IMG/VR virus record: IMGVR_UViG_3300010429_001696
Span: 96,001-160,000 of that record
Reading direction: 5' to 3' (one strand)
From: a virus
Taxonomy: Duplodnaviria; Caudoviricetes
Length of the DNA: 64,000 bases
This document shows, piece by piece, positions 23,103 to 33,577 of the stretch (positions are counted from its first letter, which is position 1; each line of letters begins with the position of its first letter). Under the pieces are notes generated by a model. It was given only the letters and a program-made list of their open reading frames with translations. It was not told the DNA's origin and ran no database searches. Both the position numbers and the translations under genes were made by a program.

Positions 23103-25340
23103 TTATTTTACATGTATCATTCCCCAATTTTGATATCTATCATAGACGCAGCAATCATTTATTTTTTTAACTGTTTCGAAATAACCATCATAAGTTGGCG
23201 GTTTATAATCATAACTGTCTTCAAATTGAATTGCGAATTCTTTATATCCTAAACGATATAAGTAATTTATCGAGCCGATAATGTCTAGATATTTTTCTTC
23301 AGCCCATTCAAAGCATATTTCACACCCATAAAATTTTTTCATTCCTTTAAGAACATTAAATTCATACCCTTCAACATCTATTTTTATTTTTTCCGGTATT
23401 CCATATTCTTCTACCAAATCATCAATAGTAGTTGTTTTTATTTTTATTGGCTCCCAATCATCCAGCGAAACCCCGTCGGCTCTATTGTTTATATTAAATC
23501 TAGAATATTCGATCCAATATGTGTCGCATGTTGACAACACATCAAATTTTTTACATATATAAAAATCAATTTCTTTATTATTATCGAATGATGTGGCTTT
23601 ATTTATTATTTCTATTTTATCTTTAAATTCATTTAGATTGTTTTGAAAAGATGGTATTATATTAGGATTGGCTTCAACGCAAATGATTTTATCAATGGTT
23701 TTATCAGATAATAATAAAGATTTACTATAATTACCTATATTGGCACCTATATCAAAATGAACTTTATTATTAATATTTTTTATCCTATGAATTATTTGAG
23801 GGAGAATTTTTTCATTATGCTCCTTATCTTCTGTCCATCTATTTCCAGGATGTATGGTGTGTTCGTATTCTAAATTCTTTATAACTTCAAATCTTTTATC
23901 ATTTTTTAGCCACAAATAATTAAAGAAGATACCATCTAAACTTTTAACATTATCATCATATGGTTTATATACTTTTAAATATTCGTTTTTATTAACAAAA
24001 TAATTACAAGTATTTAATAAACATTCAAAAACTTTATTTTCTATTAATTCTTTGACATTATATTTATCAACAACAACATTATCAAATATTCTATAATCAA
24101 ATTGTCCAGCTTTATCTGGGCAATATATTATACTATCTTCCCAATAATAATTTTCATATAAACGATCAGTATAATTTTTATCTATTTGATTATCAGAGTC
24201 TAAAATTATTACCCAATCATTTTTACATAGAGAAATTGCTTTCATTTTATTTTCTCCTGTTCCAATGTTTTCATCGTTTCTAAATAATCTTATTTTATTG
24301 TTATAATCCAATTTTTCAATTCTATCTCTCAAAAGTTCGAAATTGTCCATATCCGAACAGTCGTCATTTATAATAATTTCTGATATCCTGAAATCATCAT
24401 ATATTTTTTCAAATGTTCTTATTGTGAAATCTACTCTGTTATAAGTAGTTACAGCCAATGATATTCTTCTTTTTTCTTTTATGTATAAAGCGTCCCCCCA
24501 GGTATCTCCACCCCAGTTAGTTTCCACTCTTATAAAATTATATTGTGATAAAAATGAATCCAAGTCTTCTATTTTGGCGCAGTTTTCGTAAACCTCATCT
24601 CTGTTTACTTCTGTTATAATATAATCTATTTCGTTTAATGTATTTTTGGCTCCTTTCAGAACTTCTAACTCATATCCCTGAACATCAATGATCATCAAAT
24701 TATAAAGATTTTGTGTTGGATAGTTGTCTAGCCTTATCATATCAACTTCCATTTTTTCATCAAATGTTATCCAAGGATATTGTTGTAAATGTTTAATTGG
24801 TTTCAATATAGAACTAGATTGTCCTCTGTTCACTTTTTCAACATTCATTATAACTTTCCCATTTTTATTGCCAACCGCCTTATTAACCAATATAGCGTCC
24901 GTAACATTTGATTTCAATGTTTCAAATATGTGAGGTAAAGGCTCAAAGAACAATTTATTTTTAATGCCTTGAAGCTCAACATTTTCATCTCCAAAATGAG
25001 CGCCAACGACAATAACTCCCTTTATATCTTCTATATTATATTCTTCTTTAATAAAATCTAATTTAAATGGTAAATAACCGCCACGATTTATATTTTTATC
25101 AAATAATAAATTTTTATCATTGTCATATATTTTAACAATAAATGAATTTTTTAAATATGAATCGTCTTGTGGTAAAAACCAATATACATTTCCTGGTTCT
25201 ATGGTTTTATCGCTTTCACCATATATTAAAGAATCATTAATGAATATACAAAAAATTATGTTCTCCAATCTTATTTTTGAAGATAATAATATTTTATTAT
25301 CATTTCCTATTTCTACAGATATGTTGTTATTTTCTAACAT
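23103..25340 (-). CDS. FkbM methyltransferase, GT2, FkbM fusion
   Basis: VGAHFG..FEP..IDVQGYE; TTYNR..LDSD; DIGANIG..KIDVEGYE. Confidence 0.85.
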   Translation of the reverse strand: MLENNNISVEIGNDNKILLSSKIRLENIIFCIFINDSLIYGESDKTIEPGNVYWFLPQDDSYLKNSFIVKIYDNDKNLLFDKNINRGGYLPFKLDFIKEEYNIEDIKGVIVVGAHFGDENVELQGIKNKLFFEPLPHIFETLKSNVTDAILVNKAVGNKNGKVIMNVEKVNRGQSSSILKPIKHLQQYPWITFDEKMEVDMIRLDNYPTQNLYNLMIIDVQGYELEVLKGAKNTLNEIDYIITEVNRDEVYENCAKIEDLDSFLSQYNFIRVETNWGGDTWGDALYIKEKRRISLAVTTYNRVDFTIRTFEKIYDDFRISEIIINDDCSDMDNFELLRDRIEKLDYNNKIRLFRNDENIGTGENKMKAISLCKNDWVIILDSDNQIDKNYTDRLYENYYWEDSIIYCPDKAGQFDYRIFDNVVVDKYNVKELIENKVFECLLNTCNYFVNKNEYLKVYKPYDDNVKSLDGIFFNYLWLKNDKRFEVIKNLEYEHTIHPGNRWTEDKEHNEKILPQIIHRIKNINNKVHFDIGANIGNYSKSLLLSDKTIDKIICVEANPNIIPSFQNNLNEFKDKIEIINKATSFDNNKEIDFYICKKFDVLSTCDTYWIEYSRFNINNRADGVSLDDWEPIKIKTTTIDDLVEEYGIPEKIKIDVEGYEFNVLKGMKKFYGCEICFEWAEEKYLDIIGSINYLYRLGYKEFAIQFEDSYDYKPPTYDGYFETVKKINDCCVYDRYQNWGMIHVK

Positions 25341-25436
25341 TTTAAAATTAAGATTTTTCTAAATATATCTTTTTGGTTTTATTTTGTTTAAAACTTGTTT
25401 TCATTTTCCAACTATAAAATAAAAAAAAATTATTTG

Positions 25437-26282
25437 ATGTTAGAAATTAATAAGAACTATTGCGGAGATACTATTGAATTGATGAAAGAAATAGATGATA
25501 AAGCTATACAACTAGTTATCACGAGCCCACCTTATAATTCTTCTGTTAGAAAGGATAATCATAAATATCCTGGCGGAAATTATGAAGATGATCTATCTGA
25601 GGATGAGTATGTTGAATGGACACTAAAAGTTTTTAAACAATATGAAAGAATATTGAAAGACACCGGAGTCGTAGCATACAACATGTCATATAACACATTT
25701 TTCCCCAGTCTAATATATAAAAGTATATCGAAAATAATGGCCGAAACTAATTTCATGATAGCTGATACGTTGGCTTGGAAGAAAAAAAGTGCTGTGCCGT
25801 TATCAGGGCACCCGAATCGTTTAACCAGAATATGTGAATTTGTTTACATCTTTGTTAAAAAAGATCACATCGAAGATTTTGATTGTAACAAAATAGTGAC
25901 ATCCATATCCAAAACTGGTCAAAAATATTTTAGAACATATTATAATTTTATAGAGGCTAAAAATAATGATGGAGCAACAGATATACATAAAGCAACATAT
26001 TCAACTGATTTTGCTAAATATTTTATAGATCTGTATAGTTTTCCAGGATCGTTGGTTTTAGATAATTTTTCTGGAACTGGAACAAGCATGATAGGTTGTA
26101 TCGACCTGAATAGGAACTGGTTGGGCATTGATATGTGTCAAGAATATGTGGATTATGCCAACGATAGGATTTCAAAACACGTCCCAAATCCAATATCAAT
26201 TCATACGCCAGGTGTAGTGGATAATATTACTGATAAATCAAATGGTAAAACAACGAAGAAAACAAAAAAGAAAATCAGATGA
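25437..26282 (+). CDS. DNA N4-cytosine/N6-adenine methyltransferase (beta class)
   Basis: TSPPY before DNFSGTGT; ATG at 25437 preferred over the upstream TTG. Confidence 0.85.
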   Translation: MLEINKNYCGDTIELMKEIDDKAIQLVITSPPYNSSVRKDNHKYPGGNYEDDLSEDEYVEWTLKVFKQYERILKDTGVVAYNMSYNTFFPSLIYKSISKIMAETNFMIADTLAWKKKSAVPLSGHPNRLTRICEFVYIFVKKDHIEDFDCNKIVTSISKTGQKYFRTYYNFIEAKNNDGATDIHKATYSTDFAKYFIDLYSFPGSLVLDNFSGTGTSMIGCIDLNRNWLGIDMCQEYVDYANDRISKHVPNPISIHTPGVVDNITDKSNGKTTKKTKKKIR

Positions 26283-27523
26283 ACCAGAAAATTGTCAATG
26301 CCATAAATCAAATGTTGACGGACGCCATAATAAGAATGGAATATTATGGCGAGTTTTGTCAATTTATTAATATTAAAGAGGATGAAAGTGTGGGAACAAT
26401 CGGTGTTAATGTTGATAGTAATGGCATGAATCTTTATTATAGTGAATATTTTATTGAAAGTTTAACACAACAAGAAGTCAATTTTGCCGTCGTTCACGAG
26501 GTTTTGCACTTATTATGGGATCATCAATCTAGAATTCGCCTGGGCGGTTATGATGAAAATATAAGTAATATAGTTCAGGATATGATAATAAATTATATTA
26601 TTTTATATGATATAATAGAATCAGTAAAAAGAAAGCCAGAATATAAGGGTAGAAAAATTATATTTGCTGATATCCCAAAAGATAAAGACGGCAACATTAG
26701 TGTTTATATGAAACCGCCAGAATATAAAGGAGAATTGATATTTGAAGTGCTTTATGAATGGTTTGTTGATAATATTAATAAATATAAAAAATGGTTAGAA
26801 GATAATAAAATTGATAAATGCCCTGTGAGTGATTATATGAGAAAAATAATCGAAGATCTTCTAAAAGATAATTTGGTTGGATTTGACAAGCATCTTCCTT
26901 CAAAAGTGCCAGATGAATATAAAAAAAATGTTATAGAAAATGTGAAGGAAATATTAAGAAATCGTGGAATGGAGACGGCTGATATCAAGAAGGTTCTCGA
27001 TAGGCTAACAAAACAAAAAAAAGATTATATAAAAGAAATAAAAATGGCAGCTAACGAATTGTTTGGCTCACATAAAGAAAGATCCATAACAAAACGCAAT
27101 AGAAGATCAATTCCAGGAGTTAAAGGAAATAGAAAAGAATCTTATTCATTAAATGTTATATTGGACACGTCAGCAAGCATGAATACTTATTTTGAGAAAG
27201 TTCTTTCTTATGTCTTTCAAAATGATATAACTTTAAATTTAATACAAATAGACACTGAAATAAAAGATTTTATAGTGATTAAAAATAAAAAACAATTACA
27301 GAATATTACTATAAAAGGACTGGGAGGAACTCGTTTACAGAAGGCAATAAATTATATATCTGAAAACAAGAAACTAAATAATTTGAACACATTATTATTG
27401 ACAGATGGTTTTCATGAAAATAATTTAAATTTTTCTTCTCTAAAAAAACGATCTCTCATTATAACTATAGGTAAAATAAGTCACGTGTTAGGAGATAGAG
27501 TCAAAACGATTTTAATAGATTAA
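26279..27523 (+). CDS. DUF2201-like metallopeptidase plus VWA domain protein
   Basis: HEVLH; MIDAS DTSAS, GGT, LTDG. Confidence 0.8.
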   Translation: MNQKIVNAINQMLTDAIIRMEYYGEFCQFINIKEDESVGTIGVNVDSNGMNLYYSEYFIESLTQQEVNFAVVHEVLHLLWDHQSRIRLGGYDENISNIVQDMIINYIILYDIIESVKRKPEYKGRKIIFADIPKDKDGNISVYMKPPEYKGELIFEVLYEWFVDNINKYKKWLEDNKIDKCPVSDYMRKIIEDLLKDNLVGFDKHLPSKVPDEYKKNVIENVKEILRNRGMETADIKKVLDRLTKQKKDYIKEIKMAANELFGSHKERSITKRNRRSIPGVKGNRKESYSLNVILDTSASMNTYFEKVLSYVFQNDITLNLIQIDTEIKDFIVIKNKKQLQNITIKGLGGTRLQKAINYISENKKLNNLNTLLLTDGFHENNLNFSSLKKRSLIITIGKISHVLGDRVKTILID

Positions 27524-27527
27524 ATAA

Positions 27528-27947
27528 ATGATAACAAAAAATACGAAAACGAAACAAATAGAATTGGACAATAAAATTTTTATTGTTCCTGATGTTCAAA
27601 ATTCGTCTAAATGTTTTAGTAATTGTTATTCATTATATAGTATGACATTTCCTGTTGTTGAAGGATATGCGATATTGAGTGGTGTAACTGGACCAAGTGG
27701 TATGTCTGGAACAGCTGGATATGCCGGGCCAAGTGGTATGTCTGGAACAGCTGGATATACCGGGCCGATTGGTATAACTGGAAAATCTGGATACGCTGAG
27801 ATATCCGAGAAAATTGGATATTTGGATAGTCGTAGTTATACTTGGATGAATCAATATGCACAAGCTCATGTAAAAAATGATAAAAAAGAAAAAATACCAT
27901 CTCTAGTAGATTGGTTGATCAATGCATTTGAAAATGAAAACTATTGA
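27528..27947 (+). CDS. hypothetical protein with short collagen-like G-x-y stretch
   Basis: GPSGMSGTAGYAGPSGMSGTAGYTGPIG; about 30-36 bp tandem duplication at ~27690-27765. Confidence 0.6.
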   Translation: MITKNTKTKQIELDNKIFIVPDVQNSSKCFSNCYSLYSMTFPVVEGYAILSGVTGPSGMSGTAGYAGPSGMSGTAGYTGPIGITGKSGYAEISEKIGYLDSRSYTWMNQYAQAHVKNDKKEKIPSLVDWLINAFENENY

Positions 27948-28215
27948 TATAGAAGGAGATAAATTTTATTTAAATGATAATGGATATTTGAATAGAGAAG
28001 ACGGACCAGCTATTGAATATTTATCTGGTGAAAAATTTTGGTTTAATAATGGTGAGCCACATAGAGATGATGGGGCGGCTTTTATAGGAAAAGATGGTAA
28101 AGAATATTGGTTATTTGGTAAAAAAGCTGTTGGGGATGAGATTAAAAATATAAAGAGAAACAAATTGTTTAATGATATTCTGGATCAAGATGGTTGGACA
28201 TTCATTAATTTATGA
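27934..28215 (+). CDS. phage protein with (H)REDGPA repeats
   Basis: LNREDGPAIEY..HRDDGAA. Confidence 0.6.
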   Translation: MKTIDIEGDKFYLNDNGYLNREDGPAIEYLSGEKFWFNNGEPHRDDGAAFIGKDGKEYWLFGKKAVGDEIKNIKRNKLFNDILDQDGWTFINL

Positions 28216-28936
28216 ATATAAAATATGAGATGGAAATTTAGAAATAGAAACAAAGAAAAAGAAAAACCAGATCCTGTGATGCAAACAGATGTTGGTGATG
28301 TTATTGAGAAAATAAGATTTGCTTTTTTTCCAATTCGATTAAATGAAAATGATGTTGTATGGTTAGAAAAATATATTGATGTTCTAGAATATAGAAAAAT
28401 AGTTATCAATATTAAAACATATAAAAAAATAGAATCTGGAAGCAAAGCGTCTCATACTGATAATATGGAGCATTACGAGTGGATTTTAAAAAATAGAAAA
28501 TTTTATGGGAAACGTTAAAAAACTTTTAAGAAAATATAATCTATCTAGATATATACCGAAAAATAAAACATTAGAAGAAGCAGTTTATGAATTGAAAATA
28601 GAATTAGATTTTGATGATATTTATTCTTGTAAATATGTTCCAATAGACCCCCCAAGTAACGTGACAGATTTAGAAGGAAAGGGTAAAACTCTAGAAGAAG
28701 CCATTATAGATCTAAGTAAAAAAATAAATAATTAATATGTATAAAAAAGAAGTAATTCCACAATTATCTTTTACCGGTCACAGAGATCTCGTCTTTTCTT
28801 ATCAAAATGGCGATGGGACTTATGTATCTATTCATATTCCAAAAGAACAAGTTAAAAAAGCTTTTTATTTATTAAATGAAGTTTTTCAAGCAAACGGCAT
28901 AAAGAGTTGGATAACAGAAGGTGAAACAGTACCACA

Positions 28937-30148
28937 ATGATAAATGAAGATAAATTAAATAGATTGTCAAAAAGAGAAAGACTTTATTATGATATAATGA
29001 AATCTGGAAACTCTTTATATTTGCAGGGATATCCAGGCACCGCGAAATCTGCTATAGGGTTGTCCATTGCCAATAAATTGGAAATGAAGTATGTAGACAA
29101 GAGATTAAGTCAAATGGATGAAACAGATATAGGTTTATATCCAGTTCTAAAGAATAGTTATATAGAACTTGAGAAAATTTATAAACTGAGGAAAGTGGGT
29201 GTTATAACTGAAGAAATTTATGAAAAAATAAAAAATAACATACTAATAAATATTAAAGAACAAAATGATGCAGATAGTTTGAGCTTTGCTGTTCCACAAT
29301 GGGCTCTCGACGCCAATACCGAGCCGACCATTATTCATATTGAAGAGCTTAACAGAGCAAATTCTCATGTTAGAAACGCTGCTTTACAAATGTTGAATGA
29401 AAGGCAAATTGGAGATACTCATTTTAATGACAATGTTTTGATTATGGCGTCTGGAAATTATGGTGAAATAGATGGAACCGAAGTAGATGAGATGGATCTC
29501 GCTTTATCAAATCGTTTGGTTATTTATGATCATAATCTATCTTTAGATGAATGGATAAAAGAATATGCTGAAGAAAGAGTGCTACAAATAATTATAGATT
29601 ATCTTAGAGCAAAACCAAGAGAATTTATAAAATTGCCGTCAAAAAAAGAAATGCGTTGGGCTTCGCCTAGAAGTTGGACAAATCTATCAAAATTTTTATC
29701 TTTTAGATATGGTATGTCGCCAAATATAAAAGATGAACTCATACCTGTATTACTTGAAGTAGGTGAATCTTTTATCGGTCGTAGTGTATCAGAGTTTGTA
29801 AGATATTGTCAGGATGTGTCAAATATAAGTATAAAAGATATCATAGAAAAATGGGAAGAAGTTAAGGATGAAGTATCTAATTTTAATAGGGCAAGATTAT
29901 CAGAGATCATATCCAATTTAAAATTCATCGATTTAACACAATTAAATGATCATGAAATCAATAATATAATTTCATTTCTGAAGTCTGTCTGGGAAAGAAG
30001 TGGTGATGAATTGACGCCTTATTTATTATACCTGACAGAGACATCCTATAAAGGAAACAATTTTGATGTTCATATAAAAATTTTACAGAACTTTAAAGAA
30101 AAATTAAAATCTTTGAAAGAATTGGCGAATATTAATTTGAAAAAATAA
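28937..30148 (+). CDS. MoxR-like AAA ATPase
   Basis: GYPGTAKS, IEELNRA, ASGN, ALSNR, SPRSW; usual partner of the DUF2201-VWA protein. Confidence 0.8.
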   Translation: MINEDKLNRLSKRERLYYDIMKSGNSLYLQGYPGTAKSAIGLSIANKLEMKYVDKRLSQMDETDIGLYPVLKNSYIELEKIYKLRKVGVITEEIYEKIKNNILINIKEQNDADSLSFAVPQWALDANTEPTIIHIEELNRANSHVRNAALQMLNERQIGDTHFNDNVLIMASGNYGEIDGTEVDEMDLALSNRLVIYDHNLSLDEWIKEYAEERVLQIIIDYLRAKPREFIKLPSKKEMRWASPRSWTNLSKFLSFRYGMSPNIKDELIPVLLEVGESFIGRSVSEFVRYCQDVSNISIKDIIEKWEEVKDEVSNFNRARLSEIISNLKFIDLTQLNDHEINNIISFLKSVWERSGDELTPYLLYLTETSYKGNNFDVHIKILQNFKEKLKSLKELANINLKK

Positions 30149-31159
30149 TATAAAAATTACTTTTTTTATAATAAAATTTTATATATTTTTGCTAAAATAA
30201 AAAAAATTGTTAATAATGGTTGAACTGAAAAAACTCATAAAAGATCAAATTGTGGAGTTCGATTTTTATAGAGATCAAACTTTTTATTACATTTGCACAG
30301 ATGGTGAAAATAAATATCGTTTTCCTGTTCCATTGAATGATGTCGGAAGCGGTTGTATGTTATCGAAAGATAAGGCTGTTTATTTTATGAGATTTATTAG
30401 AAAATCTATTGAAAATAATGAATTACAAAAAATATAAAATATAATGGGAACCAAAAAAAAACAACATATAGGTAGTCATAGCAACGCTCATACCCAGTAA
30501 AGCAGGGAATACTAAAAGAAGAGGCTGAGTTATATCGAGAAAAACCTTTACTTGTTGATGGTAAAATTGTTATAGAAGGAGGAAAAATAAAACAAACCGC
30601 TCGAAAGAAAAAAAGGGGGATAAAGGATGTAAAAAAATTCATCAACAAGAAACGAAGAGGATTTTTAAAACAGGAAAATGACAACGAATTAAAAAACATA
30701 AACGATGATAGTAAATAATAACGAGGAATTTGAAAATTTTTATCCTTATGATAAAAAATACATAAAGGAATATCCAAAAGAATATCCTTGTGTTGTTAAA
30801 TGGGAATATGAGGGAGGTGGATTAATGGGTGATTATCGGCAAGTATATGTCGCATATTTTCCAAAAAATTTAACGCCAAATGAAGCATTTGTCAAAGGAT
30901 TAAGATATGTCTGGAAAAAATTGAAATAATAAGATGTTCGAAGTGAAAGATAAAAAATGGAAATATCCAACAGAACAAGAACTTAAAGATTGGGAAATTC
31001 TTGAAAATGAAGGCGCGTTTGAATGTATGGATTGGTTATTTCAAAATGGTTATTTGAACATCGGCATAGTAATTAAAGAATTGGAAGTATCTTATGACGA
31101 TGACTTAACAGCGCTTCACTATTTAAAAGAAAAATATAAAAATTCAAAAAAGTAATAAG

Positions 31160-31657
31160 ATGTTCAAATTGAAAGATAAAATGGAAAATATTGCTATCCG
31201 TGCTATGCAATGGATTGGTTCTCCTTTGTCTATTATATTACACACAGTATTGTTTATTACTGCTTTTCTAATTTATTTTATGGGAATAAAAATAGAGGAT
31301 ATATTACTTGTTTTAACTACGATCGTCTCGCTCGAAGCAATATATTTATCAATTTTTATTCAAATGGGCGTTAATATACAATCAAATAAATTAACATCTG
31401 TCGTAGATGAAATTGAAGATATTCAAGAAAATGTTGAGGACATTCAAGAAAATGTTGAGGACATTCAAGAAAATGTTGAGGACATTCAAGAAAATGTTGA
31501 GGATATTCAAAAAGATGTGGAAGAAATCAATGAAGAAGATGAAGATCAAGAAGATGATGAAATATTGAATAGAATTGAAAGTATGATGAACAATTTAATA
31601 AAAGAAGTAAACGAACTAAAAAAACATCAAATAACATTAAAAAAGAGAATAGGATGA
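31160..31657 (+). CDS. DUF1003-like membrane protein with heptad tandem repeat
   Basis: Two hydrophobic helices, VSLEAIYLSIFIQM; EDIQENV repeats. Confidence 0.7.
   Translation: MFKLKDKMENIAIRAMQWIGSPLSIILHTVLFITAFLIYFMGIKIEDILLVLTTIVSLEAIYLSIFIQMGVNIQSNKLTSVVDEIEDIQENVEDIQENVEDIQENVEDIQENVEDIQKDVEEINEEDEDQEDDEILNRIESMMNNLIKEVNELKKHQITLKKRIG
31414..31520 (+). repeat. 21-bp tandem repeat, about 5 copies
   Basis: gaggacattcaagaaaatgtt units, in frame. Confidence 0.9.
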
Positions 31658-31999
31658 AAAAGAAAGATTTGAAATTTAAACACACCGTCACGATCGATCT
31701 AATGTTTTCACAATCAGAATATCAATTATTGAATGAAATTGCAAAAAAATGTAAGAAATATGGTGTTTATGATATGACATTTATTGAAGATGAAGATGAT
31801 TTGAATATTTTGAAAACTTAGCTAAACATTTAAACGCTGATGTCTTTCGGAGTGGATGATCATTTTTGAAAAACGATGGTTTGATGACGGTGAAGTATAT
31901 TTTAAAAAAATGTTTGATGATACAAATGAAAAGGAAATTGTTGTTGATGAACAACATTTTAAACAAATAATAAAACAATCTTTTTAAAAAATAAATAAT

Positions 32000-32236
32000 A
32001 TGAAAAAGTTCTTAATGATTATGACTATAGGTTTGTTTTTTATAACATCCTGCGAAAAAGAAGAATTAACCGCTGAAGAATATATGCGGTGTGAAGTGCA
32101 ATTGAAAACCGATATACAATCGGCTATTAATTCATATAATGCTGGGTTTATTGATTACAATGAATATAATAATAGATTGAATGAAGCCGACTATAATTAT
32201 AACCAATGTATAATAAGATCATCAAAAAATAAATAA
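32000..32236 (+). CDS. lipoprotein
   Basis: MKK-hydrophobic-ITS|C then EKEE, Bacteroidota-like. Confidence 0.65.
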   Translation: MKKFLMIMTIGLFFITSCEKEELTAEEYMRCEVQLKTDIQSAINSYNAGFIDYNEYNNRLNEADYNYNQCIIRSSKNK

Positions 32237-32342
32237 TAAAAACTATGGACGAATTTGAAAAAAGAAAACAAGACCTCATTAATAACTTAGATAATATGTT
32301 ACGAAATGAAGACTGGAGCGAACCAGATGAACTCGGATGGCG

Positions 32343-32469
32343 CGTTTTGCAGATTGCCGAAGGTGGCGATTTAGAATCAGGAACTTTCAATAAAGTAATA
32401 AATTATGATACAAGGCACGAACTTCAATTTTAGCACTACACCGCCACTTTTGGCAATGTGCTGTTATAC
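32343..32469 (-). repeat. attC-like site 1
   Basis: Arms gcagattgccgaaggtggcg (32349-32368) and cgccacttttggcaatgtgc (32442-32461) are 17/20 complementary; GTTATAC at 32463. Confidence 0.7.
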
Positions 32470-32510
32470 GCTGTTTTTTCTTTGTGTCCTTAAAAATTAA
32501 AACAAAAAAC

Positions 32511-33029
32511 ATGAGTTTATTAGAACAGAAAAAAGATTTTAGTAAAAGAGGTGCGTTTGACGAACTATACACACCCGAAGAAGCGGTTGAAATGATACTG
32601 AAATACATACCAAAGGAAGTAAAAACAATTTGGGAATGTACCGCAATTAAAGAAAGTAAGATTGTAGAAGTATTGAAAGATGCTGGATATACTGTAATTA
32701 CATCACATATTGAAGATGGACAGGATTTTTTCAAATATGAACCTGAAAATTATGATATGATAATTACAAACCCACCTTATTCATTAAAAGATAAATTTTT
32801 GAAACGTGCTTATGATTTGAAAAAACCTTTTATGTTTTTACTTCCTTTGACTACATTAGAAGGTATTGAACGAGGAAAGATGTTTGATAAAAATGGTATT
32901 CAAATGCTAATACCGAATAAACGTTTTAATTTTAAACCTGAAAAGAATAGTGGTGCGTGGTTTCAAACATCTTGGTTTTGCTTCGGGTGTGGATTAAGTT
33001 CGGATTTGAACTTTGTGTCCTTAAAATAG
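32511..33029 (+). CDS. small adenine-specific methyltransferase carried on a cassette
   Basis: DELYTP, IWEC, GQDFF, ITNPPYS; ATG at 32511. Confidence 0.8.
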   Translation: MSLLEQKKDFSKRGAFDELYTPEEAVEMILKYIPKEVKTIWECTAIKESKIVEVLKDAGYTVITSHIEDGQDFFKYEPENYDMIITNPPYSLKDKFLKRAYDLKKPFMFLLPLTTLEGIERGKMFDKNGIQMLIPNKRFNFKPEKNSGAWFQTSWFCFGCGLSSDLNFVSLK

Positions 33030-33030
33030 C

Positions 33031-33159
33031 GTATAACGGCTGGGTGTATATGTAGTGTGAGATTTGAAACACTAAATTTGACTTAACCACAAATATTGAT
33101 TAGAATGATGAACTCCAATATACCACTAAACCTCACATTACATATACACCTTGTTATAC
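33031..33159 (-). repeat. attC-like site 2 (129 bp)
   Basis: GTATAAC...GTTATAC ends; arms ggtgtatatgtagtgtgag and ctcacattacatatacacc are 18/19 complementary. Confidence 0.8.
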
Positions 33160-33268
33160 ACAGTACGGTTTATTAAGGTAGAATGTTGATACGAATAAAG
33201 AATAAAAACTTTTTAAAAATGTGTGGTGGAAAATTTAATTTCAAATATTTATATATAAAGTAAAAATT

Positions 33269-33577
33269 ATGAGTAAAGAAATGCGAGAACAAATAAATAA
33301 GGTTAAGAATTGGAAACAGTTTTTGAATGAACAAATTGAAACTACTATAGTTGCAAACATAAGATATGCTGATGATAAAACAGAATTAGAACCACTTACA
33401 AAAAAAGGTATTTTATATGTAAAAAGACATGGCGATACAAAAACTGCATATTATAAATTGAATTATAATGATGTAGATAAATATGGATATGCAACATTAG
33501 GTGATGAAATACCAGAAAGTTTTTTTAAAAATAAAAACGTTCAATTTATAAATTCGCAATATTATAAGGAAGCGTAG
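33269..33577 (+). CDS. cassette-borne hypothetical protein with KNWKQFLNE motif
   Basis: 102 aa; own TATATATA box at ~33249; flanked by GTTATACACAGTAC and GTATTGTGTATAAC. Confidence 0.7.
   Translation: MSKEMREQINKVKNWKQFLNEQIETTIVANIRYADDKTELEPLTKKGILYVKRHGDTKTAYYKLNYNDVDKYGYATLGDEIPESFFKNKNVQFINSQYYKEA

Noticed and set aside
25437-26282. Complete restriction-modification system
   Set aside because: No adjacent restriction endonuclease; both MTases look like orphans.
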